Assembly (NCBI GenBank): GCA_020847675.1
Contig: JADLBN010000269.1
Location: 2,139 to 66,138, forward strand
From: Burkholderiales bacterium
Lineage (GTDB): Bacteria; Pseudomonadota; Gammaproteobacteria; Burkholderiales; Casimicrobiaceae
Direction of reading: 5' to 3'
Length of the DNA stretch: 64,000 nt
Of this stretch, positions 52,943-62,763 are shown in pieces (position 1 is the first letter of the stretch; every line of letters begins with the position of its first letter). The position numbers and the translations under genes are program-made. The notes under the pieces are model-generated. The model had not been told where the DNA came from, did not search any database, and saw only the letters and a list, made by a program, of their open reading frames with translations.

Positions 52943-53407
52943 TCATTTCGCTCCGAGGAATCGCAGCCGCTTCATCTGCAAATGTCCAGCCAGCCGCAGG
53001 CCATCGCGCATATTGAGCACGAGCAGCGTGATATTGACTGCGCCGGCGACGAGCTCCAGCCCCTGCACAGCGTAGAACGCGCTGTCGAATCGGCCGGCGC
53101 TGGCCCACGACGCCAGCACGTAGGCGCTCGGCAACAGCACCAGAAGGCCGTTGGCCGCGACGATCTTCATCCGCCGAGCCTTCACCTCGACGAGGCGTCC
53201 ACGGCGCGCGCTGGCGAGTGAAAAACCACTGCCGCCGGTCGCTGCCATGGCCGGAATCAGCAGCCACATTCCCGTGAGGATCGCGTTCTTCACGGCCGTG
53301 ACGCTGCCCAGATCGAAAAATGCTTCAGAGACAGCCGTCGACACCCAGAACGTTGCAATGCAGAGAAGGGCCACGGCCCCGAAAGAGCCATGCAGTTTCG
53401 CCTTCAT
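52943..53407 (-). CDS. Four-TM hypothetical membrane protein
   Basis: SD GGAGG, ATGA overlap with marR, hydrophobic segments, K..RM, Q..EL.AG. Confidence 0.8.
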   Translation of the reverse strand: MKAKLHGSFGAVALLCIATFWVSTAVSEAFFDLGSVTAVKNAILTGMWLLIPAMAATGGSGFSLASARRGRLVEVKARRMKIVAANGLLVLLPSAYVLASWASAGRFDSAFYAVQGLELVAGAVNITLLVLNMRDGLRLAGHLQMKRLRFLGAK

Positions 53408-53874
53408 GATTGAGCCTCCAATGCAAAAGGAGCGGTTTGCAGGTGGCGCAGGATGCTCACCAGGGTTTGTGTCGTTGCCTCGAGTCGAGTGGCCGGGATC
53501 GATGCCGCCAGCTGCGCCGCCTGGGCGCTCCACAGCGCATCGGCTCGTGCATAGAGCGCACGTCCTTTCGGCGTCAGGCTGTACAGCGGCGAGCGTTTGT
53601 GCGCGGGGTTGGATCGCGACTCGAGCATCCCTTCGTCACGCAGCAGGTTCAGCTGCTTTTGCGCACCTTGGCGCGTGACACCCATCGCTTCGCCCACTTG
53701 CGGGGCGGTCAACGGTGAATTCGCCAGAGCGATTGCCCCCAGCATCTGCCAGCGTGCGCTGGTCAACCCCAGGGGTTCGACCAGCCGATCACCCCAATGC
53801 AACAGCGTCCCGTTCAGGCGAAAAACCGTCAGGGCGATATCGGAGATTGCGGCGGCACGGAGATCGGATTGCAT
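53404..53874 (-). CDS. MarR family transcriptional regulator
   Basis: GLTSARWQMLG, MGVTRQGAQKQ, NPAHKRS.LY.LT.KG. Confidence 0.9.
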   Translation of the reverse strand: MQSDLRAAAISDIALTVFRLNGTLLHWGDRLVEPLGLTSARWQMLGAIALANSPLTAPQVGEAMGVTRQGAQKQLNLLRDEGMLESRSNPAHKRSPLYSLTPKGRALYARADALWSAQAAQLAASIPATRLEATTQTLVSILRHLQTAPFALEAQS

Positions 53875-53894
53875 GGGGAACAGTCACTCGGGTA

Positions 53895-53937
53895 ATTGGC
53901 AACCAGTTTCCCATATTGGCAACTAGTTGTCAATATG
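53895..53937 (-). promoter_or_regulatory. Tandem MarR-type operators overlapping TTGACA
   Basis: 26-bp palindrome CATATTGGCAACTAGTTGTCAATATG (one mismatch) plus degenerate copy 20 bp away. Confidence 0.75.
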
Positions 53938-54196
53938 CGGCAGAGAGTTCCGTCGGTAGTGGGCACCGTCGACGGAACTCGCCGGGAGACTGGTCGCCCG
54001 CGCCAATGCGGTCTGCGCAACGAACAAGGAGCCGGAAACCCGCATCAATGCTGGCCGGGGTGCGAAGGCGCCCTCCGCAGAAACGGAGAATGGGAGGGAA
54101 CGGTGAACGCAAGGCAGCCCGAAACGGGGACTCCCGGGGTAGCGGCGTCCGTCGCAACGTGGCCCGAACTCGCGCCAACACCGGGGATTGCGGGCG

Positions 54197-54225
54197 AAAA
54201 AAAACCAACCGGGGCCGGTTGGTTT
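54197..54225 (-). terminator. Rho-independent terminator of tRNA-Ala
   Basis: Minus strand AAACCAACCGG-CC-CCGGTTGGTTTTTTTT. Confidence 0.85.
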
Positions 54226-54237
54226 CCTGAATCGTGG

Positions 54238-54313
<76 letters not shown>

Positions 54314-54552
54314 ACGTGAGCCCATCATTATAGCTTGGTGCGGGGGGGGCGGCAAACGAACTCGGGCGCCTGAGGGCGGACCCGCCTGGCGCGGACGGCA
54401 CTCCGAAGCGCGGGGTTGAACTCCCTTGGGTCAGCAACGAAACCGGCGTGCGCCGCGCGGTTTCTCGGACCGCCAGGCGCCGGCGAGCTGCACGGCGAGT
54501 TTCGTCACGAGCCCTGCGAGCTTCGCGCCGTCGTCGACGGCGCAAAGGACGA

Positions 54553-55707
54553 TCAGCGCGAGGGCGCGGTCCCGGGCAGGATGACGTCCGGACCGACGTC
54601 GGCGAGCCGCGTCTTGCCGCAGAAGGCCATCGTGAGGTCGAGTTCGTTCCTGATGATCTCGAGCGCCTTGGTCATGCCCGCCTCGCCCATTGCGCCCAGC
54701 GCATACACCATCGCGCGTCCGATGTAGGTGCCGCGCGCGCCGAGCGCCCAGGCCTTGAGCACGTCCTGGCCCGAGCGGATGCCGCCGTCCATGTGCACTT
54801 CGATCTTCGAGCCCACCGCATCCACGACGGCGGGCAGCGCGCGGATCGACGACTCGGCGCCGTCGAGCTGCCGGCCGCCGTGGTTGCTCACGATCAGCGC
54901 GTCGGCGCCGGTGGACACCGCGATCTTCGCGTCCTCGACGTCCTGGATGCCCTTCAGGATCAGCTTGCCGCCCCAGCGCTTCTTGATCCACTCGACGTCG
55001 TCCCAGTTGAGTCGCGGGTCGAACTGGCGGTGGGTCCACTCGGTGAGCGAACTCATGTCGTGCACGCCCTCGACGTGGCCGACGATGTTGCGGAACGCGC
55101 GGCGCTTGGTGCCGAGCATCTCGAGGCACCAGGGTATCTTGGTCGCGAGGTTGATCAGATTCGCGATCGTGGGCTTGGGCGGGATCGACAGGCCGTTCTT
55201 CAGGTCCTTGTGGCGCTGGCCGAGGATCTGGAGGTCGAGGGTGAGCACCAGCGCGCCGCAGCCGGCGGCCTTCGCGCGGTCGATCAGGCGCTCGGTGAAG
55301 CCGCGGTCGCGCATCACGTAGAGCTGGAACCAGAACGGCGACTTGACGGCTTCCGCAACGTCCTCGATCGAGCAGATGCTCATGGTCGAGAGCGTGAACG
55401 GGATGCCGAACTTCTGCGCCGCGCGCGCGACCAGGATCTCGCCGTCGGCGTGCTGCATACCGGTCGAGCCCACCGGCGCGATCGCGACCGGCATCGCGAC
55501 GTCGACGCCGATCATCTTCGCCGCGCCCGAGCGCTGGTCGATATTCACCGCGACGCGCTGGCGGAGCTTGATCGACTGGAAGTCGGCCTCGTTCGCGCGG
55601 TAGGTGCTCTCGGTCCACGACCCGGTGTCGGCGTAGTCGTAGAACATGCGCGGCACGCGCCGCTTGGCGAGGACGCGCAGGTCCTCGATGCAGGTGATGA
55701 CGGCCAT
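54553..55707 (-). CDS. lldD: FMN-dependent alpha-hydroxy acid (L-lactate) dehydrogenase
   Basis: FYDYADTGSW, WFQLY, LILKGI, VSNHGGRQLD, DGGIRSGQD. Confidence 0.9.
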   Translation of the reverse strand: MAVITCIEDLRVLAKRRVPRMFYDYADTGSWTESTYRANEADFQSIKLRQRVAVNIDQRSGAAKMIGVDVAMPVAIAPVGSTGMQHADGEILVARAAQKFGIPFTLSTMSICSIEDVAEAVKSPFWFQLYVMRDRGFTERLIDRAKAAGCGALVLTLDLQILGQRHKDLKNGLSIPPKPTIANLINLATKIPWCLEMLGTKRRAFRNIVGHVEGVHDMSSLTEWTHRQFDPRLNWDDVEWIKKRWGGKLILKGIQDVEDAKIAVSTGADALIVSNHGGRQLDGAESSIRALPAVVDAVGSKIEVHMDGGIRSGQDVLKAWALGARGTYIGRAMVYALGAMGEAGMTKALEIIRNELDLTMAFCGKTRLADVGPDVILPGTAPSR

Positions 55708-55737
55708 GGAACCCTCCCGTGGCCGTCATTATGCGCG

Positions 55738-55962
55738 CTAGACGGTGATGCGGCCGACGACGCGGCGGACCCAGGGCGCCAGCAGCGTCACGGTGGGGAA
55801 CGCCACCGGCCAGGTCGTCGCGCAGCTCGCGAGCCACTGCCTCGCGAAGCCCTCGCCGACGCCCGAGTGGAGGGCCAGGACGAATGCGGACACGAGCGCC
55901 ACCATGATGGCGGAGAGAAGGGCGCCGAACACGATCGGCGCGAAGCGTCGGGGGATGCGCAT
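55738..55962 (-). CDS. DUF2798-like small membrane protein
   Basis: LLS..M...VS, W......W.VAFP. Confidence 0.8.
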   Translation of the reverse strand: MRIPRRFAPIVFGALLSAIMVALVSAFVLALHSGVGEGFARQWLASCATTWPVAFPTVTLLAPWVRRVVGRITV

Positions 55963-55997
55963 GAGGAACCTCGCGAAGAGAAGGAAGAGGAAGAAGG

Positions 55998-56504
55998 TCA
56001 GGAAATCCGACCGAAGAACGCCGACAGGCCAACGGCCACCCAGCCTCCGGCCCAGAGGCCGAGGCCGAACACCGCGTGGGTCGCGAGGCTCCGCAGGCGT
56101 GCCGCCGCAGGCTTCGGCGTGCGGCTAGCAGCGAAGCCGAAGCCCAAGGCTGGCTGCATGATGAGAAACGGCGCCGCGACGCTGCCGATCCCCACCGCAA
56201 GCGCCGGGCCGATCGTCGGATGCGACGACCAGCCGGAGCCGGCGACCGCGAGGAGAATCGTCGCGAACGCGATTCCGATCAGGTAGTGCGCCGTCCACCC
56301 GACCCAGCGCTCCCCGGACATCGGGGCGGACGAGGTGATCGGATGGTGGGACATGCGCCCGCGCGGCAGCCAGAGGAGCCAGCGGCCCACGAGCCGGTAA
56401 TCGAGCGACGGGATGCGGAAGAAGCGCGAGCGTGCCAGCGTCCACAGGTCCATCGCCAGCGTTGCGACCGCGCCGACCAGCACAGGGGTGATCCAGGGTT
56501 CCAT
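55998..56504 (-). CDS. DUF2938-like membrane protein
   Basis: AT..MDLW, LVGRW, GW.AHY..GI.F, PF.IMQP.LG.G.AAS.TP.P, H.VFG. Confidence 0.85.
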   Translation of the reverse strand: MEPWITPVLVGAVATLAMDLWTLARSRFFRIPSLDYRLVGRWLLWLPRGRMSHHPITSSAPMSGERWVGWTAHYLIGIAFATILLAVAGSGWSSHPTIGPALAVGIGSVAAPFLIMQPALGFGFAASRTPKPAAARLRSLATHAVFGLGLWAGGWVAVGLSAFFGRIS

Positions 56505-56545
56505 CGAAGCTCTCCACGGGGTTGCTTTCGGGAAGCGACGGGGGC

Positions 56546-56576
56546 AGAGTGCCACTTCAAGTGAACTTCAAGTCAA
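56546..56576 (-). promoter_or_regulatory. MerR-type promoter with 19-bp spacer and dyad operator
   Basis: TTGACT-19nt-CACTCT on minus strand; ACTTCAAGT twice, SoxR-box-like. Confidence 0.8.
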
Positions 56577-56586
56577 GGGGGTGCGC

Positions 56587-57072
56587 ATGGACATCGCGGA
56601 AGCGGCGAGACGATCCGGGCTCCCGGCGTCGACGCTGCGGTTCTACGAGACGAAGGGGCTGATCGCCCCGGTCGGCCGGAGGGGCCTGCGCCGGGTGTTC
56701 GGACCCGACGTGCTGGAGCGCCTGGCGCTCGTCACGCTGGGCCGGGCGGCGGGGTTTTCGCTGGACGAGATCGCGGTCATGTTCGCGGCCGACGGCCGGC
56801 CGCGGATCGACCGCCAGCGGCTCGCCGCGAAGGCGAGGGAACTCGACCGCAGGATCCGGCGGCTCGTCGCGATGCGCGACGGGCTGGAGCACGCTGTGGT
56901 GTGCCCCGCGCGCAGCCATTTCGAGTGCCCGACGTTCAGGCGGATTCTCGGCGCCGCCGCCGCCGGCACGCTCGGTCCACGGACGCTGGAGGCCGCCCGA
57001 CGGACGCCGAAGCCCGCGCCGCCGGCGCGTCGCTCGAAGGCAAAGGTCGCCCGACGGGCGGGCGCACGCTAG
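56587..57072 (+). CDS. MerR family transcriptional regulator
   Basis: MDIAE.A..SG...STLRFYE..GLI, GFSLDEI, CPA.SH.ECP.F. Confidence 0.9.
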   Translation: MDIAEAARRSGLPASTLRFYETKGLIAPVGRRGLRRVFGPDVLERLALVTLGRAAGFSLDEIAVMFAADGRPRIDRQRLAAKARELDRRIRRLVAMRDGLEHAVVCPARSHFECPTFRRILGAAAAGTLGPRTLEAARRTPKPAPPARRSKAKVARRAGAR

Positions 57073-57101
57073 ACTTCGACTCTTCCTCACGAGGCGCACT
57101 C

Positions 57102-57491
57102 ATGACCAAGCACGCCGTCCAGAGCCCCGACGCGCCCGCCGCGATCGGTCCCTACTCGCAGGCGATCCGCGTGGGCGACACGCTGTGGATGTCCGGGCAG
57201 ATCCCGCTCGACCCGAAGTCGATGCAGATCGTCGAGGGCGGCATCGAGGCGCAGGCGCGGCGCGTCTTCGACAACATGCGCGCGGTGCTGGCCGCGGCCG
57301 GCGGCTCGCTCGACGACATCGTCAAGCTTTCGATCCTGCTCGCCGACCTCGGCGACTTCGCCAAGGTGAACGAGATCATGGCGGCGAACTTCCGCCAGCC
57401 GTTCCCGGCGCGCTCCACCTACCAGGTCGCGGCGCTGCCGCGCGGCGCGCGCATCGAGGTCGAGGCGGTGGCTGCACTGAAATCTGCCTGA
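57102..57491 (+). CDS. ridA: RidA (YjgF/YER057c/UK114) imine deaminase
   Basis: APAAIGPYSQA, SGQIPLDP, PFPARS, LPRGA.IEVE. Confidence 0.92.
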   Translation: MTKHAVQSPDAPAAIGPYSQAIRVGDTLWMSGQIPLDPKSMQIVEGGIEAQARRVFDNMRAVLAAAGGSLDDIVKLSILLADLGDFAKVNEIMAANFRQPFPARSTYQVAALPRGARIEVEAVAALKSA

Positions 57492-57548
57492 GGCGAGTCA
57501 ACCCGCCGGACCGGAAGGCCATGAGCCGGGCGGCCCCCGACGTCGACG

Positions 57549-57589
57549 CCGGTGTCAGACACCGTGTCTGACACCGTGTCTGACACCGG
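57549..57589. repeat. Palindromic tandem repeat (GTGTCWGACACC)x3 bounded by CCGG
   Basis: Units at 57552 (A), 57564 (T), 57576 (T). Confidence 0.97.
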
Positions 57590-59642
57590 AAAGAAGCGCG
57601 GCGACGCGCTGGCCGACAAGCTCGCCCGCCTCGGCGTCGCGCGCGAGGAGGACCTCGTCCTCCATCTGCCGCTGCGCTACGAGGACCACACCCGGCTCGT
57701 CCCGCTCGTCGACGTCAGGGTGGGCGAAACGTTGCAGACCGAGGGCACGGTCGCGAACGTCGACATTGCCTACCGGCCGCGGCGGCAGCTCGTGTGCCTG
57801 CTGGAAGGCGACGGCGAGCGCGGGTCGCGCCCGCGGCTCGTGCTGCGCTTCTTCTCTTTCTACCCGAACCAGCAGAAGGCGCTCGCTCCCGGCGCGCGCG
57901 TGCGCGTGTACGGTGAGGTGCGCGAAGGCCATTTCGGGCCGGAGATCGTGCATCCGCAGTTTCGCGTCGTGCACGAGGGGACGCCGCTCGACGACCGCCT
58001 GACGCCGGTCTACCCGACGACCGCGGGGCTGTCCCAAGACACGCTGCGCCGCGTCGTCGCGCGGGCGATCGCCGGGCACCCGGAGCGGATGACCGAGACG
58101 CTGCCCGACGAGATCGTGCGCCGGCGGGCGCTGTGGAAGTTCGGCGACGCGGTCGGCTTCCTGCACGCGCCGCCGCCGCGGCTTTCCGCGCTCACGCAGA
58201 GGGCGCTCGACGCTCGCACTCACCCGGCGTGGACGCGGCTCAAGTTCGACGAACTCGTCGCGCAGCAGCTCTCGCTCAAGGCGCACCGGGCGGCGCGCGC
58301 GAAGCGCACGGCATCGGTGCTGACCGGCACCGGCGCGTTGCAGAAGCAGCTCCTCGAACGCGTGGGATTCACGCTCACGCGCGCACAGCAGAAGGTGTCG
58401 CGCGAGATCGCGCACGACCTGAAGCGCTCGATCCCGATGCAGCGGCTCCTGCAGGGCGACGTCGGCAGCGGAAAGACGGTGGTCGCCGCGCTCGCTGCGC
58501 TGCAGGCAATCGAGAGTGGCCGGCAGGTCGCGTTCATGGCTCCGACCGAACTCCTCGCCGAGCAGCACTTCCGCAAGCTCGCCGCGTGGCTCGCGGGACT
58601 GCCGGTCGAGATCGCGTGGCTGTCGGGCTCGCTGCCGGCGAAGGAGCGGCGCCGCGCGCGGGAGCGGCTCGCGAGCGGCGAGGCGGCCTTCGCGGTCGGC
58701 ACGCACGCGCTGTTCCAGGAGGGCGTCGAGCTGCCCCGGCTGGGCTTCGTCATCGTCGACGAGCAGCACCGCTTCGGCGTCGCGCAGCGGCTCGCGCTGC
58801 GCGGCAAAGGCCTCGCCGACGCGCACCAGCTCATGATGAGCGCGACGCCCATTCCGCGCACGCTCGCGATGACGTTCTACGCCGACCTCGACGTCTCGGT
58901 GCTCGACGAGCTGCCGCCGGGGCGCACGCCGGTGGTCACGCGGCTCGTCAGTCAGAAGCGGCGCGCGGAGATCGTCGAGCACGTCCGCAAACGCTGCGCG
59001 GCCGGCGGGCAGGCCTACTGGGTGTGCCCGCTGATCGAGGAGAGCGAGAAGCTCGAACTGCAGACCGCGGTCGCGCTGCACGCGGAGCTGTCGGCCGCGT
59101 ACGCGGGGACGCTCGGCGCCGGATTGCTGCACGGGCGAATGAAACCGGCGGAGAAGGCCGCCGCGATGGACGCGTTCGTGCGCGGCGAGACGGGCGTGCT
59201 CGTCGCGACGACGGTGATCGAGGTCGGCGTCGACGTGCCCAACGCATCGACCATGGTGATCGAGCACGCGGAGCGTTTCGGGCTCGCGCAGCTCCACCAG
59301 CTCCGCGGGCGCGTGGGACGCGGGGCGGCCGAGAGCCAGTGCATCCTCTTGTTCGAGGAGCCGCTCTCGGAGACGGCGAAGGAGCGCCTGAAGGCGATCT
59401 ACGAGACGAGCGACGGTTTCGAGATCGCGCGCCGGGATCTCGCGATCCGCGGTCCCGGCGAGTTCATGGGGGCGCGCCAGTCCGGCGCGCCGCTCCTGCG
59501 CTTCGCCGACCTCGAGCGCGACGTCGCCCTGATCGAACAGGCGCGCGACGCCGCCGACGAGATTCTCGCCAAGCATCCGGACGCGGTGGCCGGGCACCTC
59601 GAGCGATGGCTGGGCGGCAAGGCCGAGTTCGTGAAGGCGTGA
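57552..59642 (+). CDS. recG: ATP-dependent DNA helicase RecG (start lies within repeat)
   Basis: HLPLRYED, LQGDVGSGKT, DEQHRFG, MSATPIPRT, QLHQLRGRVGRG, DGF.IA..DL.IRGPGE. Confidence 0.96.
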   Translation: MSDTVSDTVSDTGKKRGDALADKLARLGVAREEDLVLHLPLRYEDHTRLVPLVDVRVGETLQTEGTVANVDIAYRPRRQLVCLLEGDGERGSRPRLVLRFFSFYPNQQKALAPGARVRVYGEVREGHFGPEIVHPQFRVVHEGTPLDDRLTPVYPTTAGLSQDTLRRVVARAIAGHPERMTETLPDEIVRRRALWKFGDAVGFLHAPPPRLSALTQRALDARTHPAWTRLKFDELVAQQLSLKAHRAARAKRTASVLTGTGALQKQLLERVGFTLTRAQQKVSREIAHDLKRSIPMQRLLQGDVGSGKTVVAALAALQAIESGRQVAFMAPTELLAEQHFRKLAAWLAGLPVEIAWLSGSLPAKERRRARERLASGEAAFAVGTHALFQEGVELPRLGFVIVDEQHRFGVAQRLALRGKGLADAHQLMMSATPIPRTLAMTFYADLDVSVLDELPPGRTPVVTRLVSQKRRAEIVEHVRKRCAAGGQAYWVCPLIEESEKLELQTAVALHAELSAAYAGTLGAGLLHGRMKPAEKAAAMDAFVRGETGVLVATTVIEVGVDVPNASTMVIEHAERFGLAQLHQLRGRVGRGAAESQCILLFEEPLSETAKERLKAIYETSDGFEIARRDLAIRGPGEFMGARQSGAPLLRFADLERDVALIEQARDAADEILAKHPDAVAGHLERWLGGKAEFVKA

Positions 59643-59794
59643 CGCCGGGATGCCGAGGGCGGTCTGCAGGCACGCAACCGGTCGGGAACCAGTCGAAAAG
59701 CTGATCGAAATCAAACACCTGAGTCGCCACCCCCCGGGGCGGGCGTAGAATGCCGGGCATCCGGGCGCGCGGGGCACGCGCGTCCCGGCCACCC

Positions 59795-61060
59795 ATGTCG
59801 CTCCACACGATCGGCCTCAACCACACGACCGCACCGCTCGAGGTGCGCGAGCGCGTTGCGTTCGCTCAGGATGCGCTCGCCGACGCGCTGCGCGACGTGA
59901 CCGGCGCCTGCGCGGTGAACGAGGCCGCGATCCTGTCGACCTGCAACCGGACCGAGGTGTTCTTCCGCGGCGGCGAGCCCAGGCGCGTCGCGCGCTGGCT
60001 CGAGGACGTCAAGGGGCTCCCGGCGGACACGCTGCGCCCGCACCTCTACACGCTCGGCCAGGACCAGTCGGTGCCGCACGCGTTCCGTGTCGCCTCGGGC
60101 CTCGATTCGATGGTGCTGGGCGAGCCGCAGATCCTCGGCCAGATGAAGCTCGCGGTGCGCACCGCCGAGTCGGCGGGCTCGCTCGGCCTGGTTTTGCACC
60201 GGCTGTTCCAGCGCACCTTCGCGGTCGCGAAGGACGTGCGCACGCACACGGAGATCGGCAGCGCGTCGATCTCGATGGCCGCGGCGGCGGTGAAGCTCGC
60301 CGAGCGCATCTTCCCGTCGATCGCCGAACAGCGCCTGCTCCTGATCGGGGCGGGCGAGATGATCGAACTCGCCGCGAGCCACTTCGCGGCGCGACACCCG
60401 AAGTCGATCACGATCGCGAACCGCACGCACGAGCGCGGCCAGTCGCTCGCCGATCGCATCGGCGCCGATGCGATCCTGCTGAACGAGCTGCCCGACCGGC
60501 TGCCGCAGTACGACATGATCGTGACCTGCACGGCGAGCACGCTGCCGATCCTCGGCAAGGGGCTGATCGAGCGCGTGATCCGCGCGCGCCGCCACTCGCC
60601 GGTGTTCATCGTCGACCTCGCCGTGCCGCGCGACGTCGAGCCGGAGGTCGGTGCGCTCGACGACGTGTTCCTGTACTCGGTCGACGACCTCGCGTCGATC
60701 GTCAAGGACAACCTGCAGATCCGCCGCGAGGCGGTCGTGCAGGCCGAGGCGATGATCGCCGACCAGGCGGGGCGGTTCCTCAACTGGCTCGAGGGTCGCA
60801 GCGTCGTGCCGACGATCCACGCGTTGTCCGGCCACGTCGACGACCTGCGCGAGTTGGAGCTCGAGCGCGCGCGGCGCATGCTCGCGAACGGCGCGTCGCC
60901 CGAGCGGGTGCTCGAGGCGCTCGCGCGCGGGCTCGCGAACAAGTTCCTGCACGCGCCGCTCTCCGCGCTCAATACCGCGGGCGACGCCGAGCGCGCCGAG
61001 CTCATCGCGCTGTTCCAGCGTGTCTATCGGCTGCACGAGCCGCCCGGCGACGGACTCTAG
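59795..61060 (+). CDS. hemA: Glutamyl-tRNA reductase
   Basis: [44 protein letters not shown]. Confidence 0.97.
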   Translation: MSLHTIGLNHTTAPLEVRERVAFAQDALADALRDVTGACAVNEAAILSTCNRTEVFFRGGEPRRVARWLEDVKGLPADTLRPHLYTLGQDQSVPHAFRVASGLDSMVLGEPQILGQMKLAVRTAESAGSLGLVLHRLFQRTFAVAKDVRTHTEIGSASISMAAAAVKLAERIFPSIAEQRLLLIGAGEMIELAASHFAARHPKSITIANRTHERGQSLADRIGADAILLNELPDRLPQYDMIVTCTASTLPILGKGLIERVIRARRHSPVFIVDLAVPRDVEPEVGALDDVFLYSVDDLASIVKDNLQIRREAVVQAEAMIADQAGRFLNWLEGRSVVPTIHALSGHVDDLRELELERARRMLANGASPERVLEALARGLANKFLHAPLSALNTAGDAERAELIALFQRVYRLHEPPGDGL

Positions 61061-61068
61061 CTCCGGCG

Positions 61069-61109
61069 CCGGTGTCAGACACGGTGTCTGACACCGTGTC
61101 TGACACCGG
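61069..61109. repeat. Palindromic tandem repeat x3 bounded by CCGG, followed by a degenerate fourth unit
   Basis: GTGTCAGACACG, GTGTCTGACACC, GTGTCTGACACC at 61072, 61084, 61096; GGGTCTGGCATC at 61108-61119. Confidence 0.95.
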
Positions 61110-61120
61110 GTCTGGCATCC

Positions 61121-62203
61121 GTGAAGATCTCGCTACGCACCCGCCTCGAGCAGCTCGCGACACGTCTCGCCGAGCTGGATCACCTGCTCGCCGCGCCGGA
61201 GACGGCGCGCGACATGGATCGGTTCCGCGCGTTCGCGAAGGAGCGCGCCGAGGTCGACCCGGTCGTCGAGCGCTTCCGCGCCTGGCGGCAGGCGGAGGCC
61301 GACGTCGCCGCGGCGGAAGAACTGGCGGCCGATCCTGCCATGCGCGAGTTCGCCGACGACGAGCGCAAAGACGCGGAGTCGCGCATGGCCGCGCTCGAGA
61401 ACGATCTGCAGGCTGCGCTCCTGCCGAAGGACGCGAACGACGCGCGCAACGTGTTCCTCGAGATCCGGGCCGGCACCGGCGGCGACGAGAGCGCGCTGTT
61501 CGCGGGCGACCTCCTGCGCATGTACTCGCGCTACGCGGAGCGGCAGCGCTGGAACGTCGAACTCGTCTCGTCGTCGCCCTCCGAGCTCGGCGGCTACCGC
61601 GAGGCGATCCTGCGCATCGCGGGGGCGGGAGCCTGGGCCAACCTCAAGTTCGAGTCGGGCGGCCACCGCGTGCAGCGCGTGCCGGAGACCGAGGCGCAGG
61701 GCCGCATCCACACCTCCGCCTGCACGGTCGCCGTGATGCCCGAGGCCGATCCGATCGAGGACATCCAGATCAACCCGGCGGACCTCAGGATCGACACCTT
61801 CCGATCGTCGGGCGCCGGCGGTCAGCACGTCAACAAGACCGACTCGGCGGTGCGCATCACCCACCTGCCGACCGGCCTGGTGGTCGAGTGCCAGGACGAC
61901 CGCTCGCAGCACCGCAACCGTGCGCAGGCGATGAGCGTGCTCGCCACGCGACTGCTCGACCGCGAGCGCAGCGAGCGCCAACGCAAGGAGGCCGCGACGC
62001 GCAAGAGCCTGGTCGGCTCCGGCGACCGCAGCGAGCGCATCCGCACCTACAATTTCCCGCAGGGGCGGGTCACCGACCACCGGATCAACCTGACGCTCTA
62101 CCGGATCGACGCGATCATGGGCGGCGACCTCGACGAGATCGTGGGCGCGCTGCAGCGCGAGTTCCAGGCCGAGCAGCTCGCCGCGCTGGGGGCAGACGCG
62201 TGA
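61121..62203 (+). CDS. prfA: Peptide chain release factor 1
   Basis: [17 protein letters not shown] (PxT), [18 protein letters not shown]. Confidence 0.97.
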   Translation: MKISLRTRLEQLATRLAELDHLLAAPETARDMDRFRAFAKERAEVDPVVERFRAWRQAEADVAAAEELAADPAMREFADDERKDAESRMAALENDLQAALLPKDANDARNVFLEIRAGTGGDESALFAGDLLRMYSRYAERQRWNVELVSSSPSELGGYREAILRIAGAGAWANLKFESGGHRVQRVPETEAQGRIHTSACTVAVMPEADPIEDIQINPADLRIDTFRSSGAGGQHVNKTDSAVRITHLPTGLVVECQDDRSQHRNRAQAMSVLATRLLDRERSERQRKEAATRKSLVGSGDRSERIRTYNFPQGRVTDHRINLTLYRIDAIMGGDLDEIVGALQREFQAEQLAALGADA

Positions 62204-62763
62204 GGCGCCCGGCGAAGAGGCCGCGCGTCGCTGCGCACGCGGCGGACGCCGGAATGCCCTGGCTGCAGACGCTGCGGCTCGACCTGCGCGAGTTCGTGCC
62301 GGAGGACCTCGAGGACGTCGTGCGGCTCGACGGCGACCGGCGGGTGATGAAGTTCATCGGCGGCGGCCGCGCCCACACGCGCGAGGAGACGGTCGCGATC
62401 TTTCCGCGCGCGCTGCGCTACTCGCGCGTGTACGCCGACCTCGGCATCTGGCGCGCGTCGCGGCGCGACACCGGGGAGTTCATCGGCTGGTTCTCGCTCA
62501 AGTACGCCGGCAAATCGTCCGACGTCGAGATCGGCTACCGGCTCACGCCCGAAGCGTGGGGCCTGGGATTCGCGACCGAGGGCGCGGCCGCGCTGCGCGA
62601 CTACGGCTTCGACGACGTCGGACTCTCGCGCATCATCGGCGTCACCCACCCGCGCAACCGGACCTCGCAGCGCGTGCTCGCGAAGATCGGCATGGTCGAC
62701 GAGGGCTGGGGACACTACTACGGCCAGAGGCTGCGGCTGTTCGCGGTCCACGCGGACCGGTGA
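62200..62763 (+). CDS. RimJ/RimL-like GNAT N-acetyltransferase (alternative start 62254)
   Basis: T.RL.LR, EIGYRL...WG.GFATE, N..S.RVL.KIGM; GTGA overlaps on both sides. Confidence 0.88.
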   Translation: MRRPAKRPRVAAHAADAGMPWLQTLRLDLREFVPEDLEDVVRLDGDRRVMKFIGGGRAHTREETVAIFPRALRYSRVYADLGIWRASRRDTGEFIGWFSLKYAGKSSDVEIGYRLTPEAWGLGFATEGAAALRDYGFDDVGLSRIIGVTHPRNRTSQRVLAKIGMVDEGWGHYYGQRLRLFAVHADR

